Below, one piece after another: positions 1 through 10,721 of a DNA stretch of 27,442 nt (the stretch's first letter is position 1; each line of letters opens with the position of its first letter). Source of the DNA: Bdellovibrionota bacterium (GTDB lineage Bacteria > Bdellovibrionota_C > UBA2361 > JBIKUX01); NCBI GenBank assembly GCA_044347345.1, contig JBIKUX010000030.1:1-27442 (forward strand), read 5' to 3'. The position numbers and the translations under genes were made by a program. The notes beneath the pieces are model-generated. The model saw nothing but the letters and a program-made list of their open reading frames with translations, did no database searches and was not told the DNA's origin.

Positions 1-168
1 ATAACTCGGATACCTTTTGCAGCTAAAGGTGATGTAATTTTTTCACCGCTGCCGGCAGAGTTTCAGATTGTTAAAAAAACAAAAATAGATTTAGCTAACT
101 CTATTTTATCGAGTGGTGATTCTAAGGTGGATAATTTATTAGTTGAGTGGTATGAGCGTCGACCCTAG
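1..168 (+). CDS. folA: Probable dihydrofolate reductase, 3' part only (truncated by window start)
   Basis: Frame 1 is open from base 1 to TAG at 166-168. It reads ITRIPFAAKGDVIFSPLPAEFQIVKK...LLVEWYERRP, resembling the DHFR C-terminus (T-x-I...GD-x-x-F...ERR). Too short for the ORF track. Confidence 0.6.
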   Translation: MTRIPFAAKGDVIFSPLPAEFQIVKKTKIDLANSILSSGDSKVDNLLVEWYERRP

Positions 169-985
169 ATGGTACCAGCTTTGTGTCTTATCTTCGCTTG
201 TCTGTGTGGGTACTTTACGATTTGAGCTTCCAATACAGATTTGGCATTTAACTTACGCTCTAGTTGGCGCAACTACGGCTCAGTTATTAGTGAGCCACCT
301 TTTATATCAAACTATAAGACTAGATGCGCTTCTTTCAAGTAGTATCTCTGCATTATCGCTTACCATGATTCTTAGGGTTAATAAGCCATCATTACTAGCT
401 TTGGCAGCTATTTTGGCTGTAGGTAGTAAGTATTTTATTCGGTGGCGAGGTCGTCATTTTTGGAATCCAGCTAATTTTGCACTTGTTGTTATGAGTGGTG
501 CCCTTACCGAAGCTTGGATTACTCCTGGGCAATGGGGGAGCGCTTTTTTTGTAGCTATCTTAATAGCTAGCGCCGGAATATTGGTCGTTACACGAGCATC
601 TAGGTGGGATGTCACTGCGGCATTTTTTGTTTCATATGGAGGGTTACTTTTACTCAGAGCAGCTTGGCTTGGTGATCCTTGGAGATTGCCCTTAAGAGAG
701 CTTCAAAGTGGAGCATTAATTATATTCGCTTTTTATATGATATCTGACCCTAAAACTACCCCTGTGTCTCGGTGGCATAGAGTAGTGTTTGGTGTTCTAG
801 TTGCTATTGTAGCAGTGGGTATAAGATTTACTTGGTACGTAACAACAGCACCTCTTGTATCGCTTGCTGTTTGTGCTTGGCTTGTTCCACTTTTTGATAG
901 TTTTCTTAATAGAGATTCTTCTAAAGATAATTTTGTTCCCATTGGAGCTGTAAAAAATAAACTTATCAGTACTGCGCAAATTTAG
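152..985 (+). CDS. NQR2/RnfD-family (RnfD/NqrB-like) polytopic membrane protein, stand-alone paralogue
   Basis: Highly hydrophobic. Has family-like motifs SKYFIRWRGRHFWNPAN (cf. FNPA) and FYMISDPKTTP (cf. FFMATDPVTSP). ATG at 152 is preferred over the TTG at 143. No other rnf/nqr genes in the window. Confidence 0.8.
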   Translation: MSVDPRWYQLCVLSSLVCVGTLRFELPIQIWHLTYALVGATTAQLLVSHLLYQTIRLDALLSSSISALSLTMILRVNKPSLLALAAILAVGSKYFIRWRGRHFWNPANFALVVMSGALTEAWITPGQWGSAFFVAILIASAGILVVTRASRWDVTAAFFVSYGGLLLLRAAWLGDPWRLPLRELQSGALIIFAFYMISDPKTTPVSRWHRVVFGVLVAIVAVGIRFTWYVTTAPLVSLAVCAWLVPLFDSFLNRDSSKDNFVPIGAVKNKLISTAQI

Positions 986-997
986 AGAGTAAGGATT

Positions 998-2344
998 ATG
1001 AAAAAACTTCAATTTTTGATGCTTATATCTTGGCTAGTATTTGCTGGCAGAGCTGACGCTTTTTGCGGCTTCTACGTGGCTAAAGCTGACACCAAGCTTT
1101 TTAATAAGGCTTCCAAGGTTGTGCTTGCGCGAGACGGTGAGCGCACAGTGCTCACTATGGCAAATGATTTTAAGGGTGACATAAAAGAGTTTGCATTAGT
1201 GATTCCAGTACCAACCGTTTTGGAAAAAGGGCAAATTAATGTGGGAGATTCTACTCTAATTGACCGTATTGACGCTTTTACAGCTCCCCGATTGGTTGAG
1301 TATTTTGATGAAGACCCTTGTCAGCCTTTCAAAAGAATTCCCATGATGGCTGCTTCAAACGAGGGTGCAACAAGTAGCTCTTCAGGTGGTGACCCTAAAA
1401 ATTACGGAATTAAAATAGAGGCTTCTTATACAGTAGGAGAATACGATATTTTAATTTTATCGGCTAAAGAGAGTAGTGGATTACAGTCATGGTTAGATTC
1501 AAGTGGCTACCGTGTTCCGGCAGAAGCTAAAGGAGTGCTTGAGAGTTACATCAAACAAGGACTTAAATTTTTTGTTGCTAAGGTTAATATAGCTGAGCAG
1601 ACTAAAACTGGATTCACCTATCTGCGCCCCATTCAAATCGCATACGAGTCCCCTCGGTTTATGTTGCCCTTGCGTCTTGGCACCATTAACGCAGACGGAG
1701 AGCAAGAGTTATTTATATTCGGTTTAAGTAGGGGAGGAAGAATTGAGGCTACTAACTACCGTATGTCTAAGGTGCCTACTGATTCTGAGATTCCAGTTTA
1801 TATAAAAACAAAAGATAAGTTCACTGAATTTTACCGAGCAATGTTTACCGAACATTTGGGTAAAGAAAATAATCGAGTTGTAATGCTAGAGTATGCTTGG
1901 AACGTTTCTAGTTGTGACCCGTGTGCAGCCGAGCCATTAACAAATGATGAGCTACGTAAACTTGGGGCATTTTGGCTCCATTCTTCACAAGGTGATTCAA
2001 GCGGAATGGGGGTGAGGCCAATTTTTCAGTTTAGTGATGACACTTACGTAACTCGGATGCATGTCAGATATACTAGCACCACCTTTCCCGACGACCTTAT
2101 GTTGCAAACTACAGGTAATCAAGAGCTTTTTCAGGGGAGGTATATTATAAGACATCCATGGACTGGTAGTGTGGCGTGTGCGGCTGGAGAAAACTACTCT
2201 AAAGAGTTGGTGACTAGACAAGAGCAAGAGGCGCAGACCTTAGCTCGCCTTACCGGATGGCAAATTGCTGACATTAGACAAAAGATAGGGATACCTGAAA
2301 GAGAAGATAAGGTTAAAACGAAGTGGTGGGAAAATATTTGGTAG
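998..2344 (+). CDS. DUF2330 family secreted/periplasmic protein
   Basis: Signal peptide ending ADA, followed by FCGFYVAKAD. Other family-like motifs: FALVIPVP, TAPRLVEYFDEDPC, VGEYDILILSA, FMLPLRLG, EYAW..SSCDPC, FQGRYIIRHPW. RBS AAGGA upstream; 12 bp after the previous stop. Confidence 0.85.
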   Translation: MKKLQFLMLISWLVFAGRADAFCGFYVAKADTKLFNKASKVVLARDGERTVLTMANDFKGDIKEFALVIPVPTVLEKGQINVGDSTLIDRIDAFTAPRLVEYFDEDPCQPFKRIPMMAASNEGATSSSSGGDPKNYGIKIEASYTVGEYDILILSAKESSGLQSWLDSSGYRVPAEAKGVLESYIKQGLKFFVAKVNIAEQTKTGFTYLRPIQIAYESPRFMLPLRLGTINADGEQELFIFGLSRGGRIEATNYRMSKVPTDSEIPVYIKTKDKFTEFYRAMFTEHLGKENNRVVMLEYAWNVSSCDPCAAEPLTNDELRKLGAFWLHSSQGDSSGMGVRPIFQFSDDTYVTRMHVRYTSTTFPDDLMLQTTGNQELFQGRYIIRHPWTGSVACAAGENYSKELVTRQEQEAQTLARLTGWQIADIRQKIGIPEREDKVKTKWWENIW

Positions 2345-2377
2345 TGTTAGCGGTGGTGTTTATAAAGTGCTAATGCT

Positions 2378-2406
2378 TTGCCTTTTCTGGTTTCCACTCA
2401 TATGAT
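2378..2406 (+). promoter_or_regulatory. Putative sigma70 promoter for the methyltransferase/glycosyltransferase cluster
   Basis: TTGCCT (2378-2383), 17-nt spacer, TATGAT (2401-2406), about 55 bp upstream of the GTG at 2460. Confidence 0.6.
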
Positions 2407-2459
2407 CCCCTTTCAGATTAAAGTTGTTAGGATGATGTTACTAATCGGGGAATACTTAC

Positions 2460-4004
2460 GTGATTAAAGGTTTGGAGAAAAGTAAAGAGCTTAGTGATGA
2501 CCAGTTACAAAAAAGTGGTAAATCTGAGCAAATTTCTGATGTAGTGCCCAAGGTCACTACGATTGATGTACCCCGGTTGATGCTTCAAATTCGAAAACAA
2601 ATTGAAGCAGAGATTAATAAAGAAGCAGGGGTTGGTACAGAAGGTTGTAGTCGTAGTGTTTCATCAGAAATTCCAAAGTGGCAGAGCGAGCAGATACTCG
2701 AGTTTACCGGAGGGAGTGGTGATGAAGCTGGGTCGCGTGCAGGACAACTTCGCTTTTCCGAAGATTTACGTACCCTTAATGAGCGGTATGCTCGGGCGCT
2801 TGGAGTGGATCCTCTTTCAGTTAGTACTCACAGAAAGGGGGTAATAGGTCGTATTATAGTAGCGGTGAAGCGCCGTATTCGTTCTTTAGTGTGGGATTTG
2901 TTAAAGGATCATTTTGCTAGTGAGCGAGAGTTTCAGGGTGCTCTTATACGCTACCTTAATTTGGTGAGTAGCTACGTTGATACAAGAGATGCTCGGAACT
3001 TTTGGGAGCTTGTTCGTAAGATAGACGTTGATGTCGTAAAAGCTTTAGATAGAGTGGAAAGATTTGATTCTGATACCACCGCATCTCTTCAGCAGCTCGA
3101 AAATCGATTACAAGCGTTAATAAGTAAAAATCTAGGTGAAATTTTACAATCGGTTGCTGAGATTAAGGCCAATGCTGCAACTGAAACGGTGGTGATCAGG
3201 GGGCTTGAAGGTATTATTTCTCGTCTTGCTCGAGCTGACCGAACACCTTCTGAGTGTGCAACAGAAGAACAACTAAATCCCACTTCTGTTACAACAGATT
3301 ATTCTTACTTACTTCTTGAGAATCGTTTTAGAGGTAGTGAAGAGCAAATAGCTGAACGGGTCGCAGATTATATTCCGCTTTTACTTAGTGGAAATGGTCA
3401 TATCGTTACAAATTCTATTGTAGAAATTGGTAGTGGGCGCGGAGAGTTCCTTACTCTTATGAAGGAGCACGGAATAGCTAGTTACGGTGTGGACTGTGAT
3501 ATGGCTATGGTTGAGTTATGCCGAGAGAAGGGGCTTACTGTCTTTCATCAGGATGGCTTAGCTCATCTGGAAGCAGTACCGCTCAAATCTATAGGTGGTG
3601 TGGTCGCTATTCAGGTAGTAGAGCACATGGCAAGACAAAGCCTTGAATATTTTTTAAGCCTGTGTGCTTCTCGAGTGGTGTCTGGAGGAATAGTAATCCT
3701 GGAAACAATAAACCCTCGGTCATTACTTGCTCTTTCTTCAAACTATTTTAGGGATCCTACTCATCAGTGGCCTCTTCATCCTGATACTCTTAGGTATCAA
3801 GCTGAGCTAGCTGGTTTGGTAGTTAATGAAATACGGTATAGATCAGCAGTTCCAGAGTCTGCACGTCTTCCAAAAATACCCCTTAATGAGTTTTTAATGC
3901 CTAGCGAAGTGGGAATAGTGAGTGGAATTAACAAAATAGTAAGTCAGTTAAATGAGCTCTTGTATGGTTACCAAGATTACGCGCTCATCGCAAAAGCGCC
4001 TTAA
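2460..4004 (+). CDS. Class I SAM-dependent methyltransferase with N-terminal coiled coil (surface polysaccharide-associated)
   Basis: Motif I VEIGSGRGEFL, GVDCD, AIQVVEHM, ILETINP, DPTH, C-terminal LYGYQDYALIA. Heptad-like helical region (SLQQLENRLQALISKNLGEILQSVAEIK). Adjacent to glycosyltransferases. Confidence 0.85.
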   Translation: MIKGLEKSKELSDDQLQKSGKSEQISDVVPKVTTIDVPRLMLQIRKQIEAEINKEAGVGTEGCSRSVSSEIPKWQSEQILEFTGGSGDEAGSRAGQLRFSEDLRTLNERYARALGVDPLSVSTHRKGVIGRIIVAVKRRIRSLVWDLLKDHFASEREFQGALIRYLNLVSSYVDTRDARNFWELVRKIDVDVVKALDRVERFDSDTTASLQQLENRLQALISKNLGEILQSVAEIKANAATETVVIRGLEGIISRLARADRTPSECATEEQLNPTSVTTDYSYLLLENRFRGSEEQIAERVADYIPLLLSGNGHIVTNSIVEIGSGRGEFLTLMKEHGIASYGVDCDMAMVELCREKGLTVFHQDGLAHLEAVPLKSIGGVVAIQVVEHMARQSLEYFLSLCASRVVSGGIVILETINPRSLLALSSNYFRDPTHQWPLHPDTLRYQAELAGLVVNEIRYRSAVPESARLPKIPLNEFLMPSEVGIVSGINKIVSQLNELLYGYQDYALIAKAP

Positions 4005-4047
4005 TTAAAATAAAATTTAACGAAATTTTCTATGAGGTATAGATAGC

Positions 4048-5136
4048 ATGGCCGCTATATTAGTGCTCGGAGTTAAGGTGCCTTTTACCTCAGGTGGTCA
4101 AGAAGTGCTTGTTAAATCTCTTGTGAGAGAACTAAAAAGCCAGGGTCACAGAGTAGATACTGTTGAGATGCCTTTTTCTCTTCCTGATAAATATGCGCTT
4201 TTATCCGAGGCTGCTCGTTGGCGCAGTATGTCTCTGGAGGAATTCGGTGGCATTTCAGTTGATTTAGTAATAGCTACAAAATTTCCAAGTTATTATGTCT
4301 CACATCCTCGCAAAAGTTTGTGGCTAGTACATCAGCATAGGCCACTTTATGATCTTTTTGGGAGTAATTTTTCTGATTTTTCAACCGAGCCAAGAGATGA
4401 AGCACTGCGAAAAATGATGTTTGATGCCGATACTAAAGCTCTTAACGAATGCCAAGTAATTACCACAATATCTCAAACTGTAGCTGATAGGCTGAAGTCT
4501 TACAACAACGTCGTTGGCACCCCTCTTTGGCCTCCTCTCCCTCTTGGTCGCCGTTATTACAGTAGTGGTGAGCGTAAGCCTTATATTCTCTCAGTGGGGC
4601 GGATTTGTGGAATTAAACGGGTGGACTTAATGGTGAAAGCTCTACCCAAAGTTCATGAGTTTGTTTCACTTAAAGTTGTTGGTGAGCCTGACGAATCTGG
4701 AGTTATGGATTATCTTCGCAATGAGGTAGCTAAGCATCATTTGGATCATAGGGTAGAGTTTTTAGGGCGAGTTAGCGATGACTTATTACTCGAGCTTTAT
4801 GGTGGCGCTACCGCTGTTTATTATGCTCCCTATCAAGAAGATTATGGCTTTGTAACTTTGGAAGCATTTGCCTCAGGCACTCCTGTAGTTACTGCTACAG
4901 ATAGTGGTGGTACTTTAGAGTTTGTAAAGGATGGGGAGACAGGAGTGATAGTTTCTCCGACGACTGAAAGTATTGCACATGGGTGTAATCGCATTATTTC
5001 AGATGATAATTTTGCTAAAAAATTAGGTGAGGCAGGTAAGAGACTTATTGATAAACTTGGTTTGGCTGAAGGGTGGGATAATGTTATTAAAACTTTATTA
5101 GCTCCTACTTTTAATTTTAAGGATTTAGAGAATTAA
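4048..5136 (+). CDS. Glycosyltransferase family 4 (GT-B fold)
   Basis: N-terminal GGQE, SVGR...KRVD, and the E-x7-E signature EDYGFVTLEAFASGTPVV. Confidence 0.9.
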   Translation: MAAILVLGVKVPFTSGGQEVLVKSLVRELKSQGHRVDTVEMPFSLPDKYALLSEAARWRSMSLEEFGGISVDLVIATKFPSYYVSHPRKSLWLVHQHRPLYDLFGSNFSDFSTEPRDEALRKMMFDADTKALNECQVITTISQTVADRLKSYNNVVGTPLWPPLPLGRRYYSSGERKPYILSVGRICGIKRVDLMVKALPKVHEFVSLKVVGEPDESGVMDYLRNEVAKHHLDHRVEFLGRVSDDLLLELYGGATAVYYAPYQEDYGFVTLEAFASGTPVVTATDSGGTLEFVKDGETGVIVSPTTESIAHGCNRIISDDNFAKKLGEAGKRLIDKLGLAEGWDNVIKTLLAPTFNFKDLEN

Positions 5137-5206
5137 TGACTAATCGGGTAATTCCTAGTTTGATTTGTACAGCTTAGACTTTTCCCGAAATAATTGGACT
5201 TTTTAA

Positions 5207-6772
5207 ATGCGTATTGCATGGTTTTCTCCTCTCAGTTCTTTGTCAAAATCACGCAGTGCCTATGCGACTTATCACATACTGGATCATTTCCCGTCTGATT
5301 TAAAAATTGATCTTTATTCAGATACAACGAAACCATTTTTAAGCGCTGGTAAAGGTAGAAAGTGGCCTGTAGCTCACTATTTGACAGCGGTACTTAACCA
5401 CAAGCGCTCTCCTTATGACCTTTTTTTGTATCAAATTGAGGATGGTATGGATGCCCGATGGGTACGACACATTATGCCTGCTTATCCGGGGATAGTTTGG
5501 TTTCATGAGATTTTGTTTACGACACCTCTTGCTCCTGCTGTAGCTGTAAGTCCGTGGTGTGCTACGCTTCGAACGCTGCAAGATCCAGTGCGCCACCCTT
5601 GGATAAGTGATAAGGAGTGGCAAAAAAAAGACAATTCTGTACCATCCTTCGATGAAAGATGGTACAGGGGTGATTTTGACTCTCCTTTCGGTAAGAGGGA
5701 GTTTTCGTTTGCGGCAATCCCCGTATTTTCTCAAAGTTGGCAGAATCGAGAGTTTCGTCGTTTAAGAGATGAGGCTCGGGAGCCATTTGTGTCTCAGGAT
5801 TTAATTAAAAATGGTTTCAATGATAGTTGCAGTGCGGATAATAATGGCGATATTTTAAACGGAACCATCATTCCATTACCACTGCCGCAAAAAATTGCTG
5901 AAGGAGTGTATCGACCGGTTTTTTATCAAGATGAGGAGTCACAACAAAAAAAAAGTGAGGCTGGACGAGGTTACATTAATCGTACTCGGGCGGTAATGTT
6001 AGCTTGGTGTGGTACGCCTTCTGTTGAATCAAGATCTTTTAAGATTTTAGCTGCTCTTCGTGAAGTATCAACCAAGCAAATATCACATCAAATTCGACTT
6101 GTTTGGTTGATTGATGTTTCTGAGACTGATAGAGCTCAAGAGTTAGTGCACGAAGCTTCAGTAACTGAATTAGTTGAATTAATTCCTAATCGCTCTCCTG
6201 ATACATGGTGTGATCTTGTAGCTTCAGCTCATGCCGCTATCCACCTTCATTATAGCGTTTATAGCTCTCTTGAACCGTATCTATCATTAAGTCTTGCGCA
6301 AGGGGTGCCGGTGATGGTCAGTGATTTTGCTGAAGGAGAAATCGTCAGTGATTCGTTAGCTCTAAAAATTGCACCTGGTCCTGGAGAGCTTGCTCAAATT
6401 ATAAAAGCAATGGTTGCACTTTCTAATTCCTTTGGCCTTGATAGTTGGCGTCACGGAATGGAGATGGGTAGCTCATTAAGACCGCGTCTTCATCCACATC
6501 GTGTGGCCGGGGAGTTAATGATTTTGTTCGAACGTGCTCAGGCAAAGCTCCCGGAGTGGATAAAAGCTAAGTGGGAGCCGCTGATGAGTTCAGCCCGACA
6601 AGAGGTGTTACGCGGTGTTTTGGAGCGTTACAGCAAAGATGAATCTATCTTTGTTCATTCTGTCCCAACTACTCAGGAACCAAGAGTTCAGGGACATAGC
6701 TCTGGTGATTTTGAAAGATTTATCCTTGAGCCTTTTCGCGCCTCTTTAGCTGAATTTTTTGAGGAGAAATAA
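5207..6772 (+). CDS. Divergent GT4-like glycosyltransferase
   Basis: N-terminus MRIAWFSPL, YPGIVWFHE (cf. PGxVxLHD), C-terminal SLAQGVPVMVSD. The E-x7-E signature is not recognisable. Confidence 0.65.
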   Translation: MRIAWFSPLSSLSKSRSAYATYHILDHFPSDLKIDLYSDTTKPFLSAGKGRKWPVAHYLTAVLNHKRSPYDLFLYQIEDGMDARWVRHIMPAYPGIVWFHEILFTTPLAPAVAVSPWCATLRTLQDPVRHPWISDKEWQKKDNSVPSFDERWYRGDFDSPFGKREFSFAAIPVFSQSWQNREFRRLRDEAREPFVSQDLIKNGFNDSCSADNNGDILNGTIIPLPLPQKIAEGVYRPVFYQDEESQQKKSEAGRGYINRTRAVMLAWCGTPSVESRSFKILAALREVSTKQISHQIRLVWLIDVSETDRAQELVHEASVTELVELIPNRSPDTWCDLVASAHAAIHLHYSVYSSLEPYLSLSLAQGVPVMVSDFAEGEIVSDSLALKIAPGPGELAQIIKAMVALSNSFGLDSWRHGMEMGSSLRPRLHPHRVAGELMILFERAQAKLPEWIKAKWEPLMSSARQEVLRGVLERYSKDESIFVHSVPTTQEPRVQGHSSGDFERFILEPFRASLAEFFEEK

Positions 6773-6774
6773 GA

Positions 6775-7977
6775 ATGATTAAAGCTCCAAAAAAAATTGC
6801 CTTCGTGTGCCCAAGGAGTGGGGAGGGTATCGTTGGCGGTAATGAAGCGCTTGTTTTAGGCGTAGCTGAAAAATTGCATCAGCAAGGGCAAGAGGTAGAG
6901 ATTCTTACTACGTGCGCTCGAGATCACCGAACTTGGGATAATTTTTATCCAGAGCAGGTTGATGTAGTGCGAGGCGTTACTGTGCGTCGTTTTAAAGTAA
7001 ATGACCGCGATGTAGGAAGGTGGTTATCTTTAGAGATTCAATTAAGTCAGGGAAAGGCTTTAACAACCGAAGAGCAGTTAACTTGGTTAGAGCAGGGAGT
7101 TAATTCTTTCCCATTGTATGAGTATCTAGCGTCATCGCTTCACCGTTATGATTTCGTAATATGCACTCCATATCTTTTTCCGGTAAGTATTTGGAGTGCG
7201 ATGATTGCCGGTTCCAAGGCAGTTTTGCTCCCATGTTTGCATGATGAGTCCTATGCTTATCTTCCGATTATGCGGCACCTATTCCGTTCAGTTAGAGGAG
7301 TAATTTTTAATACAGCCGCTGAAAGGGCGTTAGCTGTAAGATTATACGGCACTCTCCCCAGTGGAGTTGTTGGTATGGGTATCAGTATCAATGACTACCC
7401 TCAATTAATTGAAAATGGTCATCAGAATTATCTGCTCTACCTAGGAAGAAAAGAAACCGGCAAAGGTTTAGAACGACTTATAGATTATTTTCTAGAATCG
7501 AAGAATTTTTATATATCAAGGGGCATTTCTGGGTGGAGTGATCTCAACTTATTCATTGTAGGAGGTGGTGATTTATCAGACTTAAACCGTCCTGATTTTT
7601 TAGGTCGTAGCGATATTTGTGAATTTACGGCCCTGTCAGAGGAAGAAAAACGAAAGATGCTCTCTGGGGCGATAGCACTAGTTAATCCCTCGCGCAATGA
7701 ATCTTTTTCCATTGTGCTTATGGAAGCGTGGCGTGAGGGCACGCCGGTATTAGTTGATGCTCGGTGTGAAGTAACTCGTGAGCATGTAGAAGCAAGTGGT
7801 GGGGGTCTATATTTTAGAGATAGCAGAGAATTTGGTGGCGTAGTAAATCATCTCCTTAGTGATATGCCCTTAGCTGAGCAGATGGGTATGTGTGGATATA
7901 ATTATGTTGCTTCTCGTTATAGTTGGGAACTAGTTATGGATCGCTGGAATAAGACCATTAACTTTTTTTGTAATTAA
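6775..7977 (+). CDS. Glycosyltransferase family 4
   Basis: VGGNE, EILTTCA, PCLHDE, YLGRKETGKG, and E-x7-E in NPSRNESFSIVLMEAWREGTPVLV. Confidence 0.9.
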   Translation: MIKAPKKIAFVCPRSGEGIVGGNEALVLGVAEKLHQQGQEVEILTTCARDHRTWDNFYPEQVDVVRGVTVRRFKVNDRDVGRWLSLEIQLSQGKALTTEEQLTWLEQGVNSFPLYEYLASSLHRYDFVICTPYLFPVSIWSAMIAGSKAVLLPCLHDESYAYLPIMRHLFRSVRGVIFNTAAERALAVRLYGTLPSGVVGMGISINDYPQLIENGHQNYLLYLGRKETGKGLERLIDYFLESKNFYISRGISGWSDLNLFIVGGGDLSDLNRPDFLGRSDICEFTALSEEEKRKMLSGAIALVNPSRNESFSIVLMEAWREGTPVLVDARCEVTREHVEASGGGLYFRDSREFGGVVNHLLSDMPLAEQMGMCGYNYVASRYSWELVMDRWNKTINFFCN

Positions 7978-10179
<2,202 letters not shown>

Positions 10180-10214
10180 ATTTGATGTGAGAGAAGATTG
10201 AAGGGAGACGTGGC

Positions 10215-10721
10215 ATGGCAGAGCAGGGTATTACAGAAGCATTAGATCAAAATGACCCTATTTTGCGCTTTGTTACTTGCTCTGAAAGGTACCTTCAGTG
10301 GGTAAATACTAAGCCTGATGATGTGTCGGAGGAAGTGCAGATAGCATACATGTTTCTATTGGAGATTAATTTTAATCTATTCTTGCTACCAGCGGCTCAA
10401 CGGACTAAGGATGTGCAGGGAGTTCGTCCAGACAATTCTTATGAATCTTTTTTTCAATATCGATTTCAGGATTTTCCGGTTCGGTACTATGCCTTTTCGC
10501 AAAATCCTTTTGTAAATCCCCCGGAAGAGAGTCTTATTGGCGACGTGGCTGAAGATCTCACCATAATTTATCTCGATCTTTACGAGGGGCTTAGCTTGTT
10601 TCATGGTAAGCATATTTCTGAAGCAATTTGGTTTTGGCGCGAAAGTTTCATTCAGTCGTGGGGTAAAAATTTAGTTAATGCCCTCGGAGCACTCTACAGT
10701 TATTTGGCGTTACCTGAATGA
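10215..10721 (+). CDS. DUF5063 family protein
   Basis: GDVAEDLTIIYLDL...AIWFWRESFIQSWG..LVNALGALY resembles DUF5063 (DLxDIYxDL...W.F...WG...AL.ALH). RBS AAGGGAG upstream. Confidence 0.7.
   Translation: MAEQGITEALDQNDPILRFVTCSERYLQWVNTKPDDVSEEVQIAYMFLLEINFNLFLLPAAQRTKDVQGVRPDNSYESFFQYRFQDFPVRYYAFSQNPFVNPPEESLIGDVAEDLTIIYLDLYEGLSLFHGKHISEAIWFWRESFIQSWGKNLVNALGALYSYLALPE

Noticed and set aside
2343..2377. Terminator after the DUF2330 gene
   Set aside because: The stem relies on three G-U pairs with a 15-nt loop and a poor U-tract; too weak to call.
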